A stretch of DNA of 64,000 bases from Klebsormidium nitens (taxonomy: Eukaryota; Plantae; Klebsormidiophyceae), in assembly GCA_000708835.1 (NCBI GenBank), contig DF237137.1, forward strand, positions 1 to 64,000, read 5' to 3'. The notes under the pieces were generated by a model that had not been told where the DNA came from, did not search any database, and worked only from the letters and a program-made list of their open reading frames with translations. The position numbers and the translations under genes were made by a program. Positions 36,699-51,844 of the stretch are shown here, one piece after another (the stretch's first letter is position 1; every line of letters begins with the position of its first letter).

Positions 36699-37777
36699 GA
36701 AGTGGGTTTCATTCCTCGGAAGAGCTCGGGTTCTGTTTCTTAGCATGCTGAGGTTGGCGCGAAGAATGGTGGTCATGCTTATGTTCAACGGTTTTACATG
36801 CGGCTCGTGAACGCTTCTGATAGAAAGGTACGTTGACTGACTGTCAGCCAAAAAAAGGGTCTCGAACCAGAGGCGCAAGGATGCAGAGCGATTACCTGGT
36901 ACAACAACACATGGTGGATATAACACGTCATCATTGCTTAAGCTTCGTGGCCTGGTCAAACACCACTGCTCAGTGTGGTGCCTTAGTCTTGTGTCTTGCA
37001 CCAATGAAATACACAGAATCAAACATCTTTTCTAGGAGGCGTCTAGTTATCAACATGGAATGCTTACTTGCTCATGTATATGTATGTCAATCGTAGGCGA
37101 TCATGATCCTTTAGGGATACATGCATCGCTGGTCGAACTTAAGTTATTGCCTGATCAGCTCAAAGCGCAGCTACATACTGCAAGCGCAAGCCCCATGATT
37201 GCATGCTGCCGCGTCCGGTTGCACTGTTGTTCATAAGATCTGAAGCAGGCAAGGTCGACCTCTTGCCAGGCATGCATGGCAGAGCCCGGCTCATCCGCTA
37301 ATCGCAGACTAGCTCATGCTTGGATATCGAAGTGGCCGCACGCGTTGATAAGCAATTGAACAGATTTTAATGCTAACCGGCCGCGTTCAGCAAACCGGTC
37401 ACATGCAATACGGCCGTACTGCATGAGCTACCGTGTATATACTGAACTTCGTAAGACATGCTTTATTGTAGGGCTTTAAGCCGGGTGGGGCCGGTCAGCG
37501 GGATGCCCATGCTTAAGAGCCTTGTAAATTTGTCTCACGATGTGGCCCTGCCAGGCTACAGGCTAATGCAAGACCGTGCATACACATCCGGAAAATGGAT
37601 GCATACATTGGGGCAACCGCCATGCATTTCGAGCCTGGTGCAGCCATATGCACGTGCAGATTACGGTGAGAACAGCTGCAGGTACGAAGCCTCGGTGTAA
37701 ATGCCCTATGCAGGGCGCGCGCGCGCGGAGGAAGCTTACAGCTCAAAGCAGGATATGTCAAGTAATCCTTCCCACGA

Positions 37778-40700
37778 CTACAGCTCCTCAGTCTCTTCAT
37801 CGCTTGGCGCGTCAAAAAGGCTTCCCCAATTTGCCCAAACCCCTTCGTCCTCCTCCTCTTCTCCCAGAAGCTGCTCTTCCACGACTTTGCGAAGAGTCCT
37901 CCGCTTCTGGGGAGGCCCCTTCGGGTAGTAAGTGGGCCGTTCATTGGTTTCCGCTAGCCTCGTGAGCTCGTCTGTGGGTCGTTCCCAGCCGGCGTTCCGG
38001 TACAGGACAATCCGCTGCTTCCGGTCCTTGTCGACCTGGAAGACATCCGCCGGAACCAGGGCCTGCAGATGTAGTCCTTCCAGGTATGAAGAGAGGGGAT
38101 CTACAAGGTGAATCACGGGAACTTTGGTTGTGGTAATACGTAGGGCTTTTCATAAAGCCTTGTGTTGTGCCATGGCGACAGAGGGAACGAAGGGAAGATC
38201 CGCATGGGTCGCGCGAAAGGCAGCTAAGTGGAAAGAATTGTCCGAGGTAATCAAAATCATCTTATCAAATTATTCTGCAGCGAGCATATACACGCGCTCG
38301 TCTTACCAGATAGTAGATAAGATACACTAAGCATAAACGAACCGCAATGAGTGACATGCCAAACTCAGATATGTCGCCACTCCCGACCGCACAAGCCCAC
38401 CGCACTCTGGACGATGGTTGACGCGCCGCCTCCCTCCGAAATCTCTTAGAAAAAGCCCCAGAACCTGGCCCCAAATGCCTAAGAAAGACCTCGAAACGTG
38501 TTCGGGAAATGCCGGATAGGGACGGGCGCTCTCCTCAGCTTCTGTCGCCGGGAGCAAACAGCCGGTTCTTCTTGGCTCCCACGCCTCAATAGCTTCTCTC
38601 CTAAATTTATGTATTTAAGTTGATATAGTATCCGGAAAGCCCACAAGAATTGCGCCCGGGGGATACGAACCGGGCAGCGAGCCGCTGACCTTGAGCTTGA
38701 CAACGTCTCAGACACCCATCACCACGACGTCTCAAAAAGTAACGCTCCTCCTGAAAGTCTCTAACCGGGAATAAACAGCCGGGTTATAGGCCCTTCGCGC
38801 CCGGGGGACAGCAATTGGGCAGTGAGGGCGCTCACCTTCAGCTTGACCATGTATCCATTATCAGAAGAAGGAACGCTCCTCCTGAGCGTTTTGTGACCGG
38901 GAGTGAACAGGCGGGCTAAAGGCCCTTGGCCTCTACGCCCCAGGGGACAACAACCGGGCAGTGAGGGCGCTGACCTTGGATGGAATGGTAAGGGCCGATA
39001 AACGGGACGGGTGGGGTTGGGTAGGGGTCTAGGGTGGGTGCGGGTGCGGAGTAATGATCGTTTAACATAGCTTTTTCATAAAGCCGAAAAAGCTTACTAG
39101 TTACTGGGCCTTGCTATTAACAAGATCGGAAATCACCTTGAGCTGGATGGCGAGCTTGACAACGTCCCCGGGGACGAACTTGGGGCATTTGATGACGGCC
39201 AGGTCGTTCTTCGGCTCGGAGAAGAATGTGCGGACAAGGTTCACCAGCCCACCGTAGTACCCGTTCTTGTCTGCGGAAGAAAGGATGTACCGTGAGCTCA
39301 CCGCTCCTTTCCTGCTTGGAAGGTTCCTGCTTGGCGCAGCGACGAAGGCACGGCTATGCTAAAGACGCTATTACCTCTTCAGGCCTACCGCCTGTTAAGA
39401 GTTGAATCGCGAGAGCGGTGCGGCTCTTCGTGGATCAACAGTGCAGCAACACATCCCTCTAACAGGGACTGTACGTGGACTAGATGAACGCAATCGGGTC
39501 TAGTAGTTGAAAGTCGGGTCGCAGGGCGCCTTGCAGAGGATGATGTCCGACTCGCAATAAAGGTTTGCCGATGAGAGCGACGGGCTTTCAACCCACTTCC
39601 CGAACCCTGTCTTCTCAAGAATCTACGTGACATTACGACGGGTAAGTTTTCCGTCGTGGATCCCGTGACGTCAGACCACAATCCCGATTTCACGAGGGAT
39701 CCTTTTCTGGAAGGAACTCCAGAACCCATGCATCGAACCGATCCGGTTTTCCGTATATATTTGAACGCAATCCCAAGAAGTGCACAGTCTTACTTCTGCC
39801 TCCCGTCCCCCTACATGTGCAGGACAATAAAATGCTAAAAGAGATGCAGGCTGGAAGGCGTGTACAGTCACACCACCTGCTACGATGAAGAATGAGTAGA
39901 AGGTGCGTTGACACTTCGTTCCGACCGGAGAAAACAGCAGATCGCTCTGAAAGCCGGCATATGTTTGTCCATCCTCGGAAGCAAGTCACAGCAAAAGTTT
40001 GCCTCACCCAACCAGACAATCGGCGGCTCTCGGTTCATCCTTCGGCTCAGTTGCAGACTCTTAAGCTTCCCCATTCCGCCCGGATTCCGGTCCTCCACCG
40101 GATTGGTCTCCTGCGTCAGTTTCTTGTCTGCGCTGCGGTCCTCGGGCGGCTCCAGAATGGGGGGGTCTCTCCAGTGGTAGTTTCGCCCCCTGAAAAGGAG
40201 GACGGTGCCGCAATGCTGCCAGATAACGCGCCCGCCCGCGGACCTCTGCGCAGAAGAGGGATGAGAGGGGTAAAGATTGGGGCAGAGTTTGCTGATGTCA
40301 CGTCGTCTCAAAAACGGTTTTTCATGGTATATGCCGACGTCACTGACCTCGAGACGCCAGGGATAGCGAAAAAGGTGTGATGACTTCACCGTCGCAAATG
40401 GCTTCAACAGTTCGCAACGAAACGTCCAGGTCGCAGCAAAAAAAGAGAAGGTTTCAGAAGACAATCTAGACGCATGCAATCTGCTGTCCCCATGGGCATC
40501 TGAAACGGAGACTCGCTGTTGGTGACGTCACTCTGGCTCCGCGCAAGGTCGCTGGCATGTTGACAGCAACGATGCTTTTGCGGCGGAGAATATGGAGGAC
40601 ACATCTTGAATATTTCAAGAGCGCAGCGAAGGAAAAATGCTCCACGTAATCGCGAACTACGTGAAAAGGAACACGTGGATTGGCTAATGACATCCAACCT

Positions 40701-43700
40701 TGCACCAATACCCAGCAGAAAAACAGTACAGACCCCCTTGCGCTTGACGTTGCCGTTTCGTAACTGGCAAGACTTGAAGCCCGCCTAAAATAGGTATTAG
40801 TGCGGCGCATATGTATGTGTTGTAAGCAAACAAAGCTGCGTCCGCTGACGCCCCTTGAAGCTCTCCAGAACTTTGCACGTCAACTAGAAAGATGCTACGA
40901 GGACGAAAACTGGTCACGACATCCTGGGCTCTCTCTGACGTGTGCCTCGTTAAGTCTTGTGATTAAAAAGAAAACCAACTCACGTCACCTCAAAGTTCCT
41001 CTGGGCTTTGAACGGTGAGAAAGTGCTACTCACAAGCGAGGAACATGACAAGAGATTCGAATAACCTTTGAAGCGTAGGCCTTCACAGGCAATGTGCGTC
41101 TCCTATTCAAAGAGACGGTGCGCTTTACTTCAAGCAAACGCATCTTCCCTCTTGTGGTCTTCGTCAGATTATCCGGTTGAGGCGTGGTATCCGCTGACGT
41201 CACTTGGACCTCCTCCGAAGCTCGACGGTGAGGAGGTCTTTGCAATCAACGCCGCATCAATGAAAGAGATAGAAGGTTTCAAAGCGCAGCCAAACGTTAG
41301 GAAAAGTGATTCTCTTTTGAAATCAAATGAGAGGAACCGACTGAAGAGGAGGAGCATCGACTGACGTCACCTCGGCTCGCGTAGAAGGTTGGAAATTCCA
41401 ACGGTGACGATGCCCTTGCAGTCACCCCTGAAGAAGAGACTCCAAGCCCAGCCAACCGTTGAAAAAAGTTTTGATTGAATCCAGATTCGCTGACGTCACC
41501 TCGAGCTCGCGCAGAAGCTTGGGCATGTCAACGGTGAAGATGCCCTTGCACTTGACCTTGCACACCGGCCGCCGCCGCCAGTGCGTGTGGATCAGGCCGA
41601 CCATGTTCCACGTCAGCCCGTCGCGCCCTGCGCATGTGCCACGTGGCGCCTCGTCAGTGGTGGCCCGGAAGACAGCGAGCAGAGCCTCCGTCGTATTGAG
41701 TACTGCCGAGGCGAGGAAAGAGCGCAAGGAGGAACGAGCACTTCAATGTGCTCTGGCAACCCATGTTTGGCGTTTGGTGGCAGATACGAAAATATTGCAG
41801 ACCAGGAATGGCCTCCACTTACGGGTCAGTCTCTTTCAAAAACCCATCGCAACCACCGTGCGATGTCTCTCTTCGAAGACCCTTTACAGAACCTGCTCAT
41901 GGATCCCGAGGACCCCAAACTTAGACTACTCGAAAGCCCAGACACGTCCTTCGATCGGGACTGAATTAGAGTAGTTCAGAAGGAGATTGCGCTTTCGAAA
42001 CAAACGGGAGACGACCAAGATAGGGCATCCAGATGGCGTTCCACAACAGCTCTTGCCTTGAACCACGATTTATGTTTTAACAAATGGAGTAACTCCTCGT
42101 AAAACTTTCACGGAAACCGTTCAAAAAGCTAAGCAACACGCAGCTTGATCCCTTGAAACCACTCATTCGAGTTCGACTTTCGGCACTAGACCAAAGAAAC
42201 GCGGATGAAAGCTGCGTTTATAAAACTTACGGAAGATGACCGAAGAACGACAACCAGAGAGCATTTAAAGACGCTGAACCACCAAGATACGTTTATGAAA
42301 CATTCGTTTATTTAGATACCCTTCTTAGAAATAGCGAGAAGATGCTGACATGGAGATGCAGGGACGAGAAGCTGAAGTGCGCAATCACCTAGAAACGCTT
42401 TGGAAAAAGAGGCTGAAATACACAGTCGCCTTCTTTTGTGTGTATATTGACGAGATACACACAAAAGAAACTGAAACGAACACTCACCTAGATACACCTC
42501 CCGTCGATCGTGCACCGACCCCTCGATCAGATCCGCCACTTCCGCGTCGCTGAGCGGACCGCCCAGGACTTCTTCCCGGGTTCTTACCCCCCTTCCCGTC
42601 CAGCCCTCTAGCAGCTTTCTTACGCCCGGTAGCTTCCCCCGGGGCGCCATTTTAGCCGCACGGGGAACGACCAGCTTGTTGTCGTTCGGATTGACGACCC
42701 AGAAGTCGGGACGCCTGCCGTTGAGTAATGGCCCCGGGAGCTTTGGTCGGGGGACTCTACCGTGAGGGTAGCCGGGTAGTGGGCCTGAACACAAATACCA
42801 GAATTCTCAGATTTCCAGGACTCCAAAATCTTGAGTTTTCCGGACTCCTGTTGAGTAACGGCCCCGGGAGCTTTGGTCGAGGGATTCTACCGTGGGGGCA
42901 GCCGGGCAGTGGGCATGTACAACAATTTCAGTATGAAAAATTCTCCAAAGTTTAAGCATTTCGAAAGTTCCGGATTTTGTGTCCGAATTCCGGAATCCTA
43001 GAAACTTCGCAAAGCTTGACAGGAATGGTGGGTACGTTTGGATCGTCTCCATGGGGCGAGAGGATTCTCAACAACTCTTACAATATTAGCGCGAATAGAG
43101 GCCGCTTGAATCTGCAAGTATAGCGAACGTCTGCTTGGGGTGTTCTCCTGATGACGTCAAGCCCTGATCAAGCGTTGCCAATGATTGACGGCTACAGCTG
43201 CTATTTTTGAAAACCAGTGTACGTCAGTTTCGCAACGATTTTGTCCGCGTAGGCTGCCCAGCCACCGGGTCTGGAGTACAACCAAACGAAACGGATGCAA
43301 CCCAGCAAAAACGACCTGATCAAAGACAAGCCATTCCTAACAAATCGACAAAGGTCGAAGAGAGCCCACCCGGAAAAATGGGCTTTAGCAAACACGTACT
43401 CCAAAGACAAATAAAGGCAAAACTCAATCTTCAAAGCGCCGTTATCAGGACGGAATAGACAAACGGTTTTCCATAAAGGCACAGCATGGTCAGAATTGAG
43501 AGCCAAAATAACAAACAACCAGGGCAAGTTCAAAAGAACGGCAGAACATTACGAACAGTTGCAAAAAGAGCATGACTTGAAACATACGCTAACTCAATAC
43601 GCACAAGTTTGAATGACTGAGAAAGAAGCAAAGCTCACTCTGAAGGCGACACCCGAAGCTTGAAGGACGTCCCTGGAATGACGTCGAGACGAGACTGCGG

Positions 43701-45928
43701 TGACGGTTTGGATTGAGGGATCTCTCACCTGACTTCTCGTGCGTGCTATTCTTGGGGTAGTAGGGTGGGGGCATCGGCAGCTCAGGCGAAGTGTCATGCC
43801 CCTTGATATCTAGAAACAGCGGCAGGTTTCGGTTCGGGGGGGGGCGTGTATACTGGAACCGCTCCAGAAAGTGCTCGTCGTAAAACGCCGTTGGAGGCAG
43901 TTCTTGGTTCTCCCCCCATACTAGATGCGACGGGGTTAGTGGGGGTGCGTCCTTGGAGGGAGGTTCAGGCACTCTAATGGGAAGAGGATGAAAAGGTGGG
44001 ATGCTGGCAGGGGGGAGGTTGTCACGGTTCTTGGGCTCCCACCGTCTAGTTTCGAAATTGTGGGTTTCGGGGGTTTGGAAATGGGACCATGCACCAACAG
44101 GCGCTGCGGTTTCGAAAGGGGAGGTTTCAGAGTTGCGGGACTCCTCTGCCGGTAGGAAGTTGTTGAACATTTCAACTGGCGGCTCCCGTGACTTCCAGGA
44201 TCGACGGTCCTGAGCTGTCCACGTGAACGGATCACCGCCTCTGGCGCTGCTTTGGGCGTTAACACCACCCGGAGCTTTTGGTTCTGCATAGCCAAAGTCA
44301 GGTGGCGGGGGAATCGATCCAAACGCAACAGTCTCCAGATCGCTTTCGGCTGCTTGGGCAGGGTTTCCCAAGGCCCCCAGCCGCTCTACAAAGAGCTCTA
44401 GCTCCTCATCAAGACCACCGTTTGGTAACCCCGGCTGTAACCCGAGCTCAAACCCGGTTTCCTGGCCAGCGTACCCAGTCACAAACCCAGTCTCAAAGTC
44501 GGCCCCGAACCCGGTTTCGTACTGAGGCTCCAACCTCGCAATTGAACCGGACTCCCCGCTGGCTTCTCCGGCTCCAACCCCTGAAACTCTTTCCGTCTCA
44601 GGGACCGCAGACGTTCCTGCTGGGACCGTCTCTCCCGCCACATGACGAAAACCCCTTGGCTGACCCCACAAACCTCTTCTCTGACCGGTCTCCGTTTTCT
44701 CGCCTTGGTCACGCACCGCCCCCCGCAAACTTCGTTCTTTTTTTCCCCCTGAAAGCCCCTCCCCCCGTCTCCGTACCCCTTCTTGCCTGTCCCCCTCAAA
44801 TTCTCGGCCCCCCCGCCTCCACACATCTTTGCTTCCCCCTTGCGTACGAAACACCTCCCCCCCTGTCAAGCCTGCGCTTTTCGGGCGCCCTTGCAGATTC
44901 ACCTCGGGATCGAGTCCCCTTCTCATTCGAGGATCTCTTCCAAATTTTATTCCAGGAACTCCTCTGGATTTCACTCCAGGATCTCTCCCAGTCTCCTCCC
45001 GTTCGACCTGTCCAAAAGTTTTCCAGTCCGCTCGTCCACTTGCATGGTCCAGGCCATCCAAGGAACTGCCATATGATGTGGAGGGAGGGTTGAGCGTCCC
45101 CTCCTTGGCTCTATCACTGAACATCTCGAACGCCTCAGAAGGGTCGACTGTCGCCCTCTTTGCCTCAGCCGCCGTTTTGGGGGGGTTCAAGATCCTCTTG
45201 ACCAAGTCTGCCTGATTCACTCCCCAGCTGCTGTCAGCCACAAACTCGCTTGAGTACCAATGAAGCTCAGGATCCAAGTGCCTGTCCGTGGGCCACTGCA
45301 TGTCAGCCACTGGTTCCACTCCTCGGTTTCTCAACCCCTCAAATGGCATCTCAAAGGCATCCTTGGAAACAACTGCATTCAACCGCTCATCTAAGCTTTC
45401 CCCCCCAGAATCATCTTCCTGGCTTCCCTCTTCAATTGCAAGTTTCATTATTTTGGCAGCAACTGCAGTCCTGCCACGCACCGCGGAGGGGTACGCATAC
45501 CCCGGGTCGGCCCACCGTGCTGCCACCGCAGTCTCTGACACCAGGCAATCAATTCGTTTGGGGAGGACCCTTCCCCCGCGGAAGGTACGCAGCGTGCGCC
45601 TCCTAGCGCTCCGCTCTGCATCATTTGCTTCTTGTGGCGTGAGTCGATACTGGTCTGTCAGGCCTTTTGCAGGAGCTACTTGTTCTTGCAAAGCATGGAC
45701 CAGAAGAAAGGGGGTGCGAGGAAGACATTGAAAAGCAGGAGTTCTAGCAGAGGAGTGAGATTCTGGTTGAAAGGCACCGGCTTGTGCAACTGTAATGGGA
45801 GTACCACCTTTTGCGTGTCTGCAAATCCTTGCTAGGGACTCAACTCCTGGGAGGGGCTCTGAACCTGGATACCCGCAACAAGGTCTTGAGGCCCCTTGGA
45901 GCGACTGCACATTGTGTGCCACCACCAT
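37778..45928 (-). CDS. CRS2-associated-factor-like (CAF/mCSF) double CRM-domain RNA-binding protein, about 1093 aa, 6 exons
   Basis: Phase-consistent exons 43729-45928, 42488-42784, 41500-41627, 40008-40245, 39137-39270, 37778-38062. Motifs [53 protein letters not shown]. Start codon uncertain. Confidence 0.85.
38650..38990. repeat. About 145-bp tandem repeat (2.5-3 units) in CAF-like intron 5
   Basis: Shared blocks gggcag(t/c)gag..cgct(c/g)acctt, aacgctcctcctga, accgggaRtRaacag, ggccctt. Confidence 0.8.
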
Positions 45929-46870
45929 CAGAACCAGCTTTTCTAACTATTACACTAATGCCAAGCACTATGCCTTGATCTCCTTCCGATGCCTAGCATC
46001 GTACTGATGTGTCAGGACGTGGATGCGCACAACAGCTGCTAAGTTGCAGCAACTTCTTGTTGGTGTGGTGTTGGTGAAACATTCTCACTAAACCAGCACC
46101 AAAGACCAGTTGAAGTTCCTTGTGACAATGCTACCGGAACCAACAGACCAGACACTGCAGAAACTTTTGTGGAAGCAATGCCGCAATCCAGCTGAAAGGT
46201 GGTACCTGGCAAAGCTGTCAACATGGCCCTATAGTGCGGCAATCTAGGCCTATCTTTTCCAGCGTCCGAAACAAGCGTAAAGAGAAAGGAGTTGCCCCTT
46301 GCCTCACCAAAGTACCGGTACTGCCATGCAAAGTGGAGGAGGGAGGAGGGAGGAGAGACGGGGAACAGCCTGAGCTTAAAGTTACCTTTTGCAAGGAAAC
46401 CCTAAAAACCTGCAAGCTCGAGCGTGAGAGAAGATTAGGCTGGAGTATTTGTGAACAAAAAAGGGAGAACATCTGCAGCTGTCTGACGGCAATGGACGGC
46501 GATGCAAAATCAGCTTGGGCCAGGAACAGCCAGCAAGGGGTTGACACTCCAAAATCATTGTTTCCCTAGAATGATCTCAAGAGCGTTCTCAGTGTCAAAG
46601 GGAAGTCTCGAGAAAGTTCCCCAGTCACAAGAACGCGTGGCGGTACCTACCGTTCGAGGTCCTAAGTACCAACGCGACCAGTATCGGTACGTACCGACTT
46701 GCCTTGAAGGACTGTAGTCTGTCTGGCATGTACACAGTACTGGTAATTTGCAGATCGTCTTCGAAGAAACAAAATCCGAATTCTCGTAGGCAGGAACGTC
46801 GAAAACTGAACCGAAGCTGTCGCGCAGGGAGGCTGTTGAAGGGAGGAGCGCGCAAGCAAGCTGATTCTGA

Positions 46871-49194
<2,324 letters not shown>

Positions 49195-50632
49195 GTACTA
49201 CCATGTGAGTAGAACCCGCTTTGAGCCATGTGCGTAGGCCCTGCTTTGGTCGTCTGTTGCCCAAGCTTCTTGAGACTTCTGTTCAAATCCAATGCAAAGG
49301 TAGAATGTTAGGGGACCTCCAATTGATATGAAGGCCGGTGAAATCGAGACACTGTTCGTGTAAGCTCTATGTGATAAAGCTGCAGATAGTTGCATTTAGT
49401 TCACTGTACTTGCATGAGGGAGGCTTCAGGACGATTGCTTGGTGAAATCCAAATCATGAATCTGAACGTTTGCTCCCCCATCCTGATATGACCAGGTTCT
49501 ACAATCACAGGCAGTTTCAGTCCAGTTTGGAAGCGTTTGTTGTCCAAAAAACATTTGACCTTTTTTACTCCGCACTTTTCACCAAGTATCTAAGCATTTG
49601 AGTTGTCGTCATGCAGGATCTGAAATGTCTGAGCACCTGAGTTGTCTTCATGCAGAGTTTGATCGCGCTGATTGGAAGTCCTGGGGACTGGTTACCCGTG
49701 TAAAAACGAATTTGGCGTCCCGTTTAATCGTGCCAACCTGTTCCGGATTGCCAAAGCAAGAACATAAGAGAATCTAAGGAGACTGATGCAACATGAATAT
49801 TGCTGCTGTGTAGGTTTTACCCAAGTTTGTCATCATTGTACTCTGGCAGGGCTCAAGTGTATCGGCAGGCTGTTGATTTAGATGGTCTGTGGAAGCGGTT
49901 TGAGTCATGCTTCATAAAAGATGCTTTCCCCTCTTGACGTGCATCCCATGCATTTGCCAAGTTGCCGGTGTTGGATCCTGTAGTCCGACAATTCTATGGA
50001 GCAAATGTGCAATTGAGCGCCAAGTTATTACTTGAGGCTATTGGTAGTGAAACTACTTCCAACTAAGTATGGCAATCGAACAATGTATGTGATCATGGTG
50101 CATGTGGTCGGTGCAAGGTGCTGGCTTTGCGTCGAACTCAGCCAGCCGCTGTTCTTGAAGAGTTTTTGTATGGGACACAAGTGTCTCAATGTGGATAAGT
50201 CAATTAGGTACAACCCAGAGCTTTGCATTAGAAGAACATACTGTGTGCGGTAGACGGTGTGAGTTTGGCTATAAGCCGTGCTCTGAGCTGTTACATTATC
50301 CTTAGTATGTTGGTTGACCGTACGCACATGTGCATCAACCGATCATTGTACCCCTGTCTCACCAGAGCTTTGTCCGACCGATGGATCAGCGTTACACAGC
50401 TAGGTGTATATATAGCAGGTGACCAATATGGAGCCTCTTTAAAGATCTACATGCGGCAATTGTTGATCATACGCGCGTAGTCATGGAGGACAAAATTCAC
50501 AGATTCGCTTTGTTCCATGATCTGATTAACGTCGTCAGCTTCAATTGGACGATATCTAGCTGAACAGCATCATGGCAATTGCTACATGTTTCATGAAAAT
50601 CGAGGACCTGGCATCAAGAAGCGCAAGCAACC

Positions 50633-51379
50633 TAGGGTGGGTATCGACGGTATCGATTGCGCGACGATTGAGTCACGAATTTGATTCACCGGTGTCACGC
50701 GTCGCGACGAATTTTGTACGCGGTACTTACGAATGTACTCGGCGGTACTTGAGAATCCGGTCGGAGTTCATGAATTGGAATTTTTCTGACACGTCGGCCG
50801 ACTGACACATGCGTAAAATTCGGTGGTACGGTACAGTCGCGCGTGGATCGAGTCTGCGGCTCCCAAAAATTCAAATTTTATGGTCTCGGTCGGAAGTTCC
50901 GACTTGGACCACGGAAGAGTACCGCGGTACCTAGGCTGAAAGAGAAGTGCAGAGACTCGAAAGAGAAGTGTAAGAGAAGGCGCTTTTTGAAAACCAACAA
51001 TGGCGGCCAACTTTGCGCCTCGTATGCTCTTTCTTCAGATTTATCCTCAACAAAACAAACACTTGGGGCTTCAAACAACACCTAGTGACGCTCTCCCAAT
51101 ATTTTTTAATGCTTGTCAAAGGTTCCTACATGCTGCATAAGCCTCATCTATGTGCGCTATTTTGTTGCTTCTTTGAAAGTGTAAATCATAACACTATCTT
51201 ACGATTCTATCACACTGCGTCACGGCCGAGCGGAAAATTCTAAGTACTTGTACCGTACGTGTTACACAAATGTCACTCGGCGTAACGCGAACCGCCAGTA
51301 CTACTGACGAAATTTGATTCGCCGAGTCACAATATCGTCGCGAATCGAGTCAGAATCGACTCGGCCGGTACCCACCCTA
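50633..51379. mobile_element. Non-autonomous TIR DNA element (about 750 bp), TAGGG termini reminiscent of hAT
   Basis: TAGGGTGGGTA ... TACCCACCCTA termini (symmetry extends to caagcWacc); shared subterminal motifs cgcgacgat, aatttgattc, gagtcac. No clean TSD found. Confidence 0.65.
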
Positions 51380-51844
51380 GGTAGCTTGTGGCATGAAACC
51401 TAAGAGTAGTCATGACCAGGATCCATGTCAGGCTTTTACCTCACAGTTACGAGAATCAATGTAGATGCCACATCTGGCATCCAGTGTAGGTGATTCATAT
51501 CCTAGAATCACATCATTCCTACCTGGCATGATTTGAGCGACTGTCTATATGGAAGCGTGCCACACACACAAGCAATTGGCAAGCAGGCCTAAACTCCGCG
51601 CTCTAGCTGTGGCAAGCAGCTTGCCTTTCCGGCCTGTACACTGCCATCTTTCCTCGCACGTTTATCAGGCGCTGTTTCTTAAGAAACTCGGATATGAACT
51701 ACGTCATTGCAATGTTTTTCTGGCATACTTAGATCATGCCAAGTCACTATTCGCAGATCCAGGATGAACTCCGCCAGCCATTTCGATCCTTAATTCCAAC
51801 CAACTGTGCAAACCCTCCTACGCCAACTCTTGTCTTAACCCCTT

